Position numbers and translations under genes: made by a program | Assembly: GCA_905235885.1 (NCBI GenBank) | Contig: CAJONM010000130.1 | Coordinates: forward strand, 1 to 28,662 | Source of the DNA: an uncultured Clostridia bacterium | GTDB lineage: Bacteria; Bacillota; Clostridia; UBA1381 | Length of the DNA stretch: 28,662 bases | Direction of reading: 5' to 3' | Part shown: positions 6,958 to 14,971 of the stretch, in pieces | Layout of the letters: each line of letters begins with the position of its first letter | Position numbering within the stretch: the stretch's first letter is position 1 | Notes under the pieces: generated by a model | Seen by the model: only the letters and a program-made list of their open reading frames with translations | Told to the model about the DNA's origin: nothing | The model's database searches: none

Positions 6958-9900
6958 TTATTGTGCGCCTATGCAATTGATAAGCGGAGACATATTACCG
7001 TCCCACAGCATGAATTTGACCTTATCGCTGCTGTCAAATTCCGTATCTACATCTATCGAGCTGCCCGTACGGACACCGTCATAGATATGCGCCTTGCGAA
7101 GAACATTGTCTGCACCGTATACAGCCTCTATAAGAACGGTATCATCGCCCAACGCCGATGTGCCCTTTATATAGACCCTGCCGTTGCTGTAGGATATGCT
7201 CGTAGGCACACTCATTATCTTGGTCGTTACGGCAAAATCATCAAAATATACCTTGCAGTACAGTCCGTTTGTCGCAGTACCCCAGAATACGGGGAATGAG
7301 TTGTTATAGTCTGTAAATATCAATTCATCGTCAACATACATCGTTCTTGTAAATGTATCGTTGTCGTTTTCGATGGTTACCTTTACTTTTTTCCACTCTG
7401 ATGTTGACAGCTTATTTGTAAGCGAATTTGTTGCCTGCGTTGTTGTCGAGTCGCCGTAGAACAGCTGTGCCGTTGACGATCCGAGCTTGACCATAAACGA
7501 GCCTGTGAAGATGTAGCCGCTTGGCATAGCGGGATTGGTTATCTGCATCCTCGGTCCGCGGTTTGCGCTTACAAATTTTCCCGAATTGAGAACGAGAGTA
7601 TTCGTTCCGTTTACGCCCGATCCTGCTTCTATCCACCAGTTCGAAGTTGAGTCGTCGCCGTTGCCGCGCGTTCCGATATACAGGTCGGCACCGGGGTATG
7701 TTGTGTTTACAGGCTGATCGGTTGTCTGAATATACATAAATCTGCCCACGGGCGCATCGTCAAAGTTTGATGCTATATCGGTATCGGCATCCTCCTCCGG
7801 ATCCTGCTCGGCAATGCTGATGGAGGATGTATCCTTTTCTGTTGCAGCGTCGATAACGAATGATGACTCAGCTGCGTTCGTACCGTATGACATTCTTACC
7901 GTATTGCCGGAGACCGTCAGATACTTTTCGGGATCGGAAACGCTTTGGAATGATACGGTATCATCCTCGCCGTCAAGTCCCTTCATTGTCTTGAATGTCA
8001 TCTTATCGCCGTATGTGCCGGTGCTGTCCTGAGTAAGAGCTACAGATGTTCCCTCGCAGGAGATGTACAGACCCGGCTTATTTACCGATTGGATCGAAAC
8101 ATAATAATCGCTGTTCTCTCCGTCCGGCACGGATTTCGGCGCGGTAAGCTGCCATGCAGTGTTATAGCCATTCTCAGCTGATATTGCAGACAGGCTTACC
8201 GAGATCGGATAGCTTGCGTCCAAAAGTGAATTTTCAAATTCGCTGTGGCCTATGTATTTATCATCCGATGTCTTTATTACCTTCGCGCTTCCGGTAAGGC
8301 CTATCGATGTTTCCGTAAGCGGATATACATATCCGTCCTTATCAAATTCAAGCTCCTCTATACATACCGATCGTCTGAATCCCGAACCGAACGGTAGCGC
8401 GCCGTTATGGTAGATGAAGTATGTCTTTCCGTTAAAATCTATAACAGACGGATGGTTTGTGTTTGATGTGGCAGTAGGCGGCATGATTATCTGCTTGAAG
8501 TCGTATCTGCCCATCGGCGAGTCGCACATCGCATACGCCATTTCCTCGCGCCAGTTCATCGCATAGAACAAATAGTACTTTCCGTCGCGCTTATACAGCC
8601 ACGGCGCTTCTGTGTATGAGCCGCCGTTCATGCTCTTTATCGTGCGCTCTTTTATATCCCTGTTCATCGAGATGTTGCCGTCACCGTCTAGATCCTTTAT
8701 CGAGATCATATCCTCGTTAAGCTCGCAGATATAATACTTGCTGTTGCCCCATGCCAGATAGCGATGCTCCTCGCCGTATTCATCGGTGTCGATGAGTACG
8801 GTAGGATCAATATCGTTCCATGCCGAGCTTTCCGGAGCCGTCAATGTTCCGGCAACGAGCGGAGCGGACAGCGGATCGGTATACGGACCCTCCGGATTAT
8901 CCGCTACGGCAACGCCTATGGACTGCTTGCCGCTTGATGTATTATCCCATGTGCAGTAGTAGAAATAATATTTATTGTTATACTCTACCATTTGTCCTGC
9001 CCATGCGGATGTATCGCCTGTGCGCCACGATATGTCTGTCGCACTCATTATCGGACCTTTATACTCCCAGTTTTCCATATCCTTTGAGGTATAAAGCACC
9101 CATTCTCTCATTACATATTCTTCGCTTGATGCGGTGTCATGACCGACAATGAGATAGACGGTATCGCCGATCACCGTTGCCGCCGGATCGCCGCCGTAGA
9201 GGATATTTCCGCTTCCGTCAAAGCCAAGTACCGGGTTTCCTGCGCCGCCTCTTTCCAAGGCTACCGGTTCGGTCTCATCTGCTGTCATGGCAGGGGAGCT
9301 GTATACCGATGATACTATCTTCTTGCCGAATTGCGTAACATAGTTCTGATCAATACCCGTAAGCGCGATACAGGGCTGTTTTTCATCCTTATCATAGCCA
9401 TAGAGGGCATACATCGTCATTACATCGCCGGATTTATAATACTCGTCAAGCGATGTGTTGCCGTTCTTTGCAAAGCGGAGGGTGATCGTATGATCACCGT
9501 TAAAGTCCCATGTGCCCAGTCCGTCTGCCATCGTTCCGTCGGCGTTGAGCGTCACCTTTGATGAAAGAACGGGGAGGTCGTAGTTACGGTTTATGTATGT
9601 TCCCGATGTCGCTATGGAGCTCCCGTCCATTTTTGTTTTTCCCACGGATGCCAGATCATATGTACCCACAAGCATCTCTCTCGGAAGAGCCTGCTCGACC
9701 TCGCCGGCGTATGATACCGATGAAACGACCGGCCAACCGTTTATGTACATCATCTTGCGTACCTGAAGGAATGCCGCGCCTTCGACTGCGTCTTTTCTGA
9801 AATGCGAGCAGTAGAAGGACTCGCCGTTTGCGGCGGTTATCGCACTGTTATGACCTGAGCCGTAGTATATATGCGCGTCGCCGCTTTCATACGGCACATA

Positions 9901-11871
9901 ATAATCCTCCGCGTTTTCGTTTGTTACCGTCATTGATCCGTCACCGAGACGATAGGAGCCTATGAGCTTATATCCCGACGGCGACGATGTGCTGCCCTTG
10001 TCAAATTGTGTTCCGACTACAACATTCTTCGCGTCAACGAGCTGCGTACCCATATTCGTGCCGAAACTCTGTGAAAGAGCGCTTCGCGCTATACGGGTGT
10101 TATAGTTCGAGCCGAGCCAGCCGTATGATGTGAACATATAGCGGTAATTGCCGTTTTCGTACATCCACGCGCCCTCCGGACCTGCAACGCCGTTCTTTTG
10201 CGAGAATACGGTCGTGCCGAAATTATTTTTGCACGTGTTGAGAATAGTGGAGTCGCTTGTGTAGTCGATACCCTGTACAAATCCGTCATCTGTCAGAGGA
10301 GCCGCCTGTATGCCGCCCCAGAATGAGCCCCAGATAAAATATGCCTTGCCGTCGTTTGAATCGACATATATATTCGCGTCGATGGCATTTGTTTTGTATC
10401 CGCTCGTTTCCTTTGTCGCGAATACAACGCCGGCATCCTCTATGTCGGCATTCGGATCTGCCCAGAAGAGAGGACTGTCCGATTTCATAAGCGATATTGC
10501 CGAGTTTCTGCCGCCAAGACCGCATGAAAGGGAAATATACATCCAATACGGATGATCGTCATTCGGAACATATATGACATCCGGTGCCCAGTATGTGCCG
10601 TTCATGGTGGTGTTGGTGTAGTTGTTGGAGATAAACGCGTTCGTTACAGGTGATATCTGACTTGCGTTTATATTTGTGAAGTCGTACTTTGTCCAGTTTA
10701 TAAGATCGGTCGATGTAAAGATCAGGTGATGCGACGAATAAACATAATATGTATCGTCACCGTCAAATTTCACTATGGACGGATCGTGCGCACCGAATGT
10801 CGTCGCCGCCGAATCCGCCGGAGATGCTACGGGAGCCTTTATGCCGCCGTAAAGCGTTGTTGCCGGGTATGATTTATCATCGACATTAAGATTTACTACG
10901 ATCTTCTCCGCATTCGATGCGGGAATATTAAACGATACCGTTTCGCTTGAGAGCGAGGACAGCGTCACCGTATTGCTCGTGCCGAGCAAGGTCTCGTTGT
11001 CGCTGCTATCGACCGCATATGCCGACATCGACAGCGATCCGGTTTGGAGCGTGTCGTTTTCCAGCGTTGATGTTATAGTCATCGCCTTGCCGCCGTATGC
11101 GTACAGTTCATTGCCGTTCGTGTCATAAAAATGCGTGTCGCTTACAAAGCAGTTCTTATCGTAGACCTGCTCATACAGCTTGGCTGTATATGCCTCCGCC
11201 GCAAGCTCTCTTATTTCGTTCTCTGAGAGCGCGGAGGAGTATACCTTGAAATCATCTATCATTCCGTCAAAATACGGATCGGGCCACTGGGACTTGCCCA
11301 GATAGCACTGAGTAAATGTTGCAAGATCGCTGAAGTTATATGTTATGCCAGTTGAGGAGCCGACCTTGAAGCCGTCAATATACATCGTGGTCGTATTCCC
11401 CGAACGCGAAATAGACGCGTTGTGCCATTCGCCGACAGAGAATGAGGTATCCGAGTCCATACTCATCTCGCCCCCGTTCTTTATGGCAAATCGCGGATAT
11501 GCTCCGGCTGACACTGTAAGGAATGTATATACATCCATACCCGTACCGAGATCGAATACTCTTGCCCATACGCTTGTTGAATTGGGCTTGAGCCATACGC
11601 TTATCGTGAAATCACCCGTAAGCGTTTTCATTTCCGCTCCTGCGTTTATGGACGCATAGCCGCCGTCCGCGCCTGTAAGCGAAAGCGCGTTCCCGTCGCG
11701 TCCCTGTGCAAGCGAAGCGTTGCCGCTGAGCGTGTAGCTGTCGCCGCCCTGGTCAAATGTTACATTGATGATCGGCTCGACGGATGCCGCTTGTGCCGAA
11801 GTCATTATCGGACAACAGCCTATTGCGAGCGCTGCTGCGATAATAACCGATAGGATCCTCCTGAAATTCAT
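6958..11871 (-). CDS. Secreted multimodular glycoside hydrolase, 1637 aa: signal peptide, LamG, Ig-like, GH43 (arabinanase-like) with accessory C-domain, second GH43 (arabinofuranosidase/xylosidase-like), AbfB/CBM42-like, beta-sandwich, C-terminal module
   Basis: Signal peptide ending SAQA. LamG pattern (FTISVWLK, FDGMIDDFKVYSSALS). GH43-1 with HDP(D363), WAPD, NAID(D498), PEG(E566) and GHNS. GH43-2 with GDP(D895), WAGQ, DIDP(D1022), TEAPW(E1088) and NHPS. AbfB-like repeats (SIQSVNKPGLYI, SFQSVSDPEKYL). Confidence 0.9.
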   Translation of the reverse strand: MNFRRILSVIIAAALAIGCCPIMTSAQAASVEPIINVTFDQGGDSYTLSGNASLAQGRDGNALSLTGADGGYASINAGAEMKTLTGDFTISVWLKPNSTSVWARVFDLGTGMDVYTFLTVSAGAYPRFAIKNGGEMSMDSDTSFSVGEWHNASISRSGNTTTMYIDGFKVGSSTGITYNFSDLATFTQCYLGKSQWPDPYFDGMIDDFKVYSSALSENEIRELAAEAYTAKLYEQVYDKNCFVSDTHFYDTNGNELYAYGGKAMTITSTLENDTLQTGSLSMSAYAVDSSDNETLLGTSNTVTLSSLSSETVSFNIPASNAEKIVVNLNVDDKSYPATTLYGGIKAPVASPADSAATTFGAHDPSIVKFDGDDTYYVYSSHHLIFTSTDLINWTKYDFTNINASQISPVTNAFISNNYTNTTMNGTYWAPDVIYVPNDDHPYWMYISLSCGLGGRNSAISLMKSDSPLFWADPNADIEDAGVVFATKETSGYKTNAIDANIYVDSNDGKAYFIWGSFWGGIQAAPLTDDGFVQGIDYTSDSTILNTCKNNFGTTVFSQKNGVAGPEGAWMYENGNYRYMFTSYGWLGSNYNTRIARSALSQSFGTNMGTQLVDAKNVVVGTQFDKGSTSSPSGYKLIGSYRLGDGSMTVTNENAEDYYVPYESGDAHIYYGSGHNSAITAANGESFYCSHFRKDAVEGAAFLQVRKMMYINGWPVVSSVSYAGEVEQALPREMLVGTYDLASVGKTKMDGSSIATSGTYINRNYDLPVLSSKVTLNADGTMADGLGTWDFNGDHTITLRFAKNGNTSLDEYYKSGDVMTMYALYGYDKDEKQPCIALTGIDQNYVTQFGKKIVSSVYSSPAMTADETEPVALERGGAGNPVLGFDGSGNILYGGDPAATVIGDTVYLIVGHDTASSEEYVMREWVLYTSKDMENWEYKGPIMSATDISWRTGDTSAWAGQMVEYNNKYYFYYCTWDNTSSGKQSIGVAVADNPEGPYTDPLSAPLVAGTLTAPESSAWNDIDPTVLIDTDEYGEEHRYLAWGNSKYYICELNEDMISIKDLDGDGNISMNRDIKERTIKSMNGGSYTEAPWLYKRDGKYYLFYAMNWREEMAYAMCDSPMGRYDFKQIIMPPTATSNTNHPSVIDFNGKTYFIYHNGALPFGSGFRRSVCIEELEFDKDGYVYPLTETSIGLTGSAKVIKTSDDKYIGHSEFENSLLDASYPISVSLSAISAENGYNTAWQLTAPKSVPDGENSDYYVSIQSVNKPGLYISCEGTSVALTQDSTGTYGDKMTFKTMKGLDGEDDTVSFQSVSDPEKYLTVSGNTVRMSYGTNAAESSFVIDAATEKDTSSISIAEQDPEEDADTDIASNFDDAPVGRFMYIQTTDQPVNTTYPGADLYIGTRGNGDDSTSNWWIEAGSGVNGTNTLVLNSGKFVSANRGPRMQITNPAMPSGYIFTGSFMVKLGSSTAQLFYGDSTTTQATNSLTNKLSTSEWKKVKVTIENDNDTFTRTMYVDDELIFTDYNNSFPVFWGTATNGLYCKVYFDDFAVTTKIMSVPTSISYSNGRVYIKGTSALGDDTVLIEAVYGADNVLRKAHIYDGVRTGSSIDVDTEFDSSDKVKFMLWDGNMSPLINCIGAQ

Positions 11872-11948
11872 TTGTTAAGACACTTCCTTCCATGTTATAA
11901 TTTTCATTTCAGCATCAAATTCGATATCTCTCTATCATATATGCATAT

Positions 11949-11977
11949 ATTTTACCACATTTCATTAAATTAGTAAA
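11949..11977 (-). promoter_or_regulatory. Sigma-A type promoter of the GH43 gene
   Basis: Minus strand TTTACT (11972-11977), 17-bp spacer, TAAAAT (11949-11954) with TGn extension. Confidence 0.65.
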
Positions 11978-11988
11978 GAGTTTTTTGT

Positions 11989-12014
11989 TGAAATTTCAGC
12001 TGAAATTTCAGCTG
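11989..12014. repeat. Tandem direct repeat of TGAAATTTCAGC (2x plus TG) that is also a nested palindrome; candidate operator
   Basis: TGAAATTTCAGCTGAAATTTCAGCTG, containing the perfect 22-bp palindrome 11989-12010. It starts 11 bp upstream of the GH43 -35. Confidence 0.7.
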
Positions 12015-12137
12015 TTTTACATAATTTTACGGACTATCATAGCCGCGGCGCGGCGGCACTTGCGCCAAAACTGATGCGAAAAATCGGAGCGTATCGGCAT
12101 GCTTTTGTGAAAAAATGCGGAATTTTTGTAAAAAAAC

Positions 12138-12166
12138 TTGACAAATCGGGAAAAAGAATATATAAT
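12138..12166 (+). promoter_or_regulatory. Consensus sigma-A promoter of rpsB-tsf
   Basis: TTGACA (12138-12143), 17-bp spacer, TATAAT (12161-12166), with A/T tracts upstream. Confidence 0.9.
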
Positions 12167-12182
12167 GATGCGGTATGACAAA

Positions 12183-12260
12183 TACACACGCATAAAGCTT
12201 GCCGCTGTTGCCGTTTTGCCGCGGTTGGGGGCAAACAGAGCTTGTGCGGAGGAATAAAAA
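12183..12260 (+). ncRNA. rpsB 5' leader, t44/S2-type autoregulatory RNA element
   Basis: ACACACGC opening, GCAU(A)AAGCU/AGCUUGUGC stem and GGAGGAAUAA closing, the arrangement typical of t44 leaders. Lies between the promoter and the rpsB SD. Confidence 0.7.
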
Positions 12261-12275
12261 CAGGAGGATATTAAA

Positions 12276-13058
12276 ATGGCAAATGTAATTTCAATGAAGC
12301 AGCTTTTGGAAGCGGGTGTTCATTTCGGACACCAGACAAGAAGATGGAACCCGAAAATGGCTCCGTATATCTTCACAGAGAGGAACGGTATCTATATCAT
12401 CGATCTTCAGAAAACAGTTAAAAAGGTCGAGGAGGCATACTATTTCATTCGTGACATAGCCGCAGAGGGCAAGAGCGTTTTGTTCGTCGGAACAAAGAAG
12501 CAGGCTCAGGATTCGATAAAGGAAGAGGCTGAGCGCGTTGGTATGTACTATGTAAACAACAGATGGCTCGGCGGTATGCTTACGAACTTCAAGACGATCG
12601 AAAAGAGAATAGGCAGACTTGCTCAGATAAACAGCATGGAAGAGGACGGTACCTTTGACGCGCTTCCGAAAAAGGAAGTTATCATTCTCAGGAACCAGAG
12701 AGATAAGCTCGAAAAGAACCTGGGCGGCATAAAGGAAATGAAGGAACTGCCGGGCGCAATGTTCGTTGTAGATCCCAGAAAAGAAAAGATAGCGATAGCA
12801 GAGGCTAAGAAGCTTGGTATACCCGTTGTTGCGATCGTTGATACAAACTGCGATCCTGACGAGGTGGATTATGTTATCCCCGGTAATGATGACGCGATCC
12901 GTGCCGTTAAGCTCATCGCTTCGACAATGGCAAATGCGATAATTGAGGGCAGACAGGGCGAGGACGCTTTGGTTGAGTCGGCTGAAAAGGATGACGATAC
13001 CGAGGTTGAGTTCGAGGCAGCGGTCGAAGAGACGGCGGCGGAAGAGATCGAGGAATAA
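12276..13058 (+). CDS. rpsB: 30S ribosomal protein S2
   Basis: [46 protein letters not shown] and [18 protein letters not shown]. Confidence 0.99.
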   Translation: MANVISMKQLLEAGVHFGHQTRRWNPKMAPYIFTERNGIYIIDLQKTVKKVEEAYYFIRDIAAEGKSVLFVGTKKQAQDSIKEEAERVGMYYVNNRWLGGMLTNFKTIEKRIGRLAQINSMEEDGTFDALPKKEVIILRNQRDKLEKNLGGIKEMKELPGAMFVVDPRKEKIAIAEAKKLGIPVVAIVDTNCDPDEVDYVIPGNDDAIRAVKLIASTMANAIIEGRQGEDALVESAEKDDDTEVEFEAAVEETAAEEIEE

Positions 13059-13085
13059 TTCAAGGCATATTAGGAGGAAATTGAA

Positions 13086-14006
13086 ATGGCGGCATTTACG
13101 GCTAAAGATGTAAAAGAATTAAGAGAAATGACCGGTTGCGGTATGATGGACTGCAAGAAGGCTCTTTCGGAGGCGGACGGCGATAAGGATAAGGCTGTTG
13201 AGCTTTTGAGAGAAAAGGGACTTGCTACGGCTGCCAAGAAGTCGGGCAGAATAGCGTCTGAGGGTATAGTTAAATCATACATCGACGGCAAGATCGGCGT
13301 AGTTGTAGAGGTAAACTCCGAAACAGACTTCGTTGCAAAGAACGCGGAATTTCAGGAATTTGTATCCGATGTTGCAAAGACGGTGGCAGATACGAACCCG
13401 GCAGATGTAGAGGCTCTGAAGGCGACAGCTATCGCCGACACGACGGTAGGCGAGCTGCTTACGGCAAAGATCGCCAAGATAGGCGAAAATATGAATATCC
13501 GCCGTTTTGCGAGAGTGGAAACAACAGGTGTTGTTGTTGACTATATCCATGCGGCAGGAAAGATCGGCGTACTCGTTGAGGCGCAGGCACCGGATAATGA
13601 TGATGTAAGAGAAGCACTGAAAAATGTTGCGATGCAGGTCGCGGCATTGAACCCCAAATATCTTTCAAGCGAAGATGTTCCGCAGGACTACAAGGATCAT
13701 GAAATGGAGATCCTCGTTGCCCAGGCAAAGAACGATCCCAAGAACGCGTCAAAGCCGGATAATATCCTTGAGAAGATGGTAGTTGGCCGTCTTAACAAGG
13801 AGCTTAAAGAGGTCTGCTTGCTTGAGCAGCTCTATGTAAAGGCTGAGAACAAGGAATCGGTTGCAAAATATCTTGAAGCGGTAAGCAAGAAGATAGGCGC
13901 GGATATAACATTAAAGAGCTTTGTTCGTTTCGAGACGGGCGAGGGTCTTGAGAAGAAAGAGGACGATTTCGCGGCTGAGGTTGCTGCAATGACAGGCAAT
14001 AAATAA
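13086..14006 (+). CDS. tsf: Translation elongation factor Ts
   Basis: VKELREMTGCGMMDCKKAL, EVNSETDFVA, KIGENMNIRRF and FVRFETGEG. Directly downstream of rpsB. Confidence 0.99.
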   Translation: MAAFTAKDVKELREMTGCGMMDCKKALSEADGDKDKAVELLREKGLATAAKKSGRIASEGIVKSYIDGKIGVVVEVNSETDFVAKNAEFQEFVSDVAKTVADTNPADVEALKATAIADTTVGELLTAKIAKIGENMNIRRFARVETTGVVVDYIHAAGKIGVLVEAQAPDNDDVREALKNVAMQVAALNPKYLSSEDVPQDYKDHEMEILVAQAKNDPKNASKPDNILEKMVVGRLNKELKEVCLLEQLYVKAENKESVAKYLEAVSKKIGADITLKSFVRFETGEGLEKKEDDFAAEVAAMTGNK

Positions 14007-14018
14007 GTTGTGATCTGC

Positions 14019-14052
14019 AAATGGGGCTGTTGTGTATACAGCCCCATTTTTT
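14019..14052 (+). terminator. Intrinsic terminator after tsf
   Basis: 12-bp stem AAATGGGGCTGT / ACAGCCCCATTT with a 7-nt loop, running into a T-tract. Confidence 0.85.
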
Positions 14053-14065
14053 GAAATTTAGGAGT

Positions 14066-14956
14066 ATGCGAGAATTTACGATAAATAAAAACGACAGCGG
14101 ACAGCGGATAGATCGGTTCATAACAAAGCTTATGCCGGCGCTGCCGCAATCGATGCTTTATAAAGGGCTCAGGAAAAACTGCGTCAAACTCAACGGAAAG
14201 CATATAAAGGACGGCTCGGTCTTTGTAAAAGAAGGCGATGTTGTCAATTTATATTTCAGTGATGAATTTTTTGAAAGCAAGTCGTCATTCAATTATGTCA
14301 GAGCCGACATAGATGTGGTGTATGAGGACGATAATATAATTATCGTAAACAAGCCGTCGGGCGTTATCGCGCATTCGGACACAAAAAACGCGCAGACGAC
14401 GCTCATTGATATGATAAAAAGCTATTTGTATGATAACGGCGAATATGACGAAAAGGCTGAAAACTCGTTCAGCCCGTCGCTGTGCAACCGTCTCGACCGC
14501 AATACCGCCGGACTTGTGATAGCGGCAAAAAATGCCGCCGCGCTGCGCGATATGAACGCGCGTATAAGAAACAGAGAAGTACGCAAATTCTATACCGCCC
14601 AGGTCGAGGGAACACCGCCGCAAAGCGGACATCTGGAGGGCTATGCGGTACGCGATCGCATGGTCACAAGCATAACGGAAAAAAAGCAGGACGGAGCAAA
14701 GGCGGTATCGCTTGATTACAGAGTAACGGCGCGGCGATCGGGCGGCGCAACGCTTGAGATCGAGCTGCACACGGGCAGAACGCATCAGATACGGGCGCAG
14801 CTTGCCGCTGTGGGCTATCCGCTTGTCGGGGACACTAAATACGGTGGGCACGGCGCAAAATACAGACAAGCCTTGCGCGCGGTGCGGCTGGAATTTGATT
14901 TTTCCGATACGGACAGCATACTCGGATATTTAAGCGGAAAAAAGATAAAGCTATGA
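14066..14956 (+). CDS. RluA-family 23S rRNA pseudouridine synthase with N-terminal S4 domain (RluC/RluD-like)
   Basis: S4-like GQRIDRF start, VNKPSG, catalytic NRLDRNTAG, TGRTHQIR and PLVGDTKYG. Start set at MREFT (14066); the ORF-track start at 14021 lies inside the tsf terminator. Confidence 0.9.
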   Translation: MREFTINKNDSGQRIDRFITKLMPALPQSMLYKGLRKNCVKLNGKHIKDGSVFVKEGDVVNLYFSDEFFESKSSFNYVRADIDVVYEDDNIIIVNKPSGVIAHSDTKNAQTTLIDMIKSYLYDNGEYDEKAENSFSPSLCNRLDRNTAGLVIAAKNAAALRDMNARIRNREVRKFYTAQVEGTPPQSGHLEGYAVRDRMVTSITEKKQDGAKAVSLDYRVTARRSGGATLEIELHTGRTHQIRAQLAAVGYPLVGDTKYGGHGAKYRQALRAVRLEFDFSDTDSILGYLSGKKIKL

Positions 14957-14971
14957 GAAAGGGCAATTTGT

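Noticed and set aside
7012-7041. 9-bp inverted repeat GAATTTGAC...GTCAAATTC in the GH43 3' end containing a minus-strand TTGACA, considered as an internal hisH promoter or terminator
   Set aside because: No acceptable -10 at 16-18 bp and no U-tract. It lies within coding sequence and is plausibly chance.
8668-8709. DLDGDG loop considered as a dockerin
   Set aside because: Dockerins need two tandem Ca-binding loop-helix repeats. This is a single loop inside a catalytic domain.
12041-12100. GC-rich patch with short hairpins between the divergent promoters
   Set aside because: The stems are only 5-6 bp. I recognise no riboswitch, IS end or second copy.
12037-12234. 65-aa minus-strand ORF in the GH43-rpsB intergenic region
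   Set aside because: It overlaps the rpsB promoter and leader antisense, and its sequence is explained by those elements.
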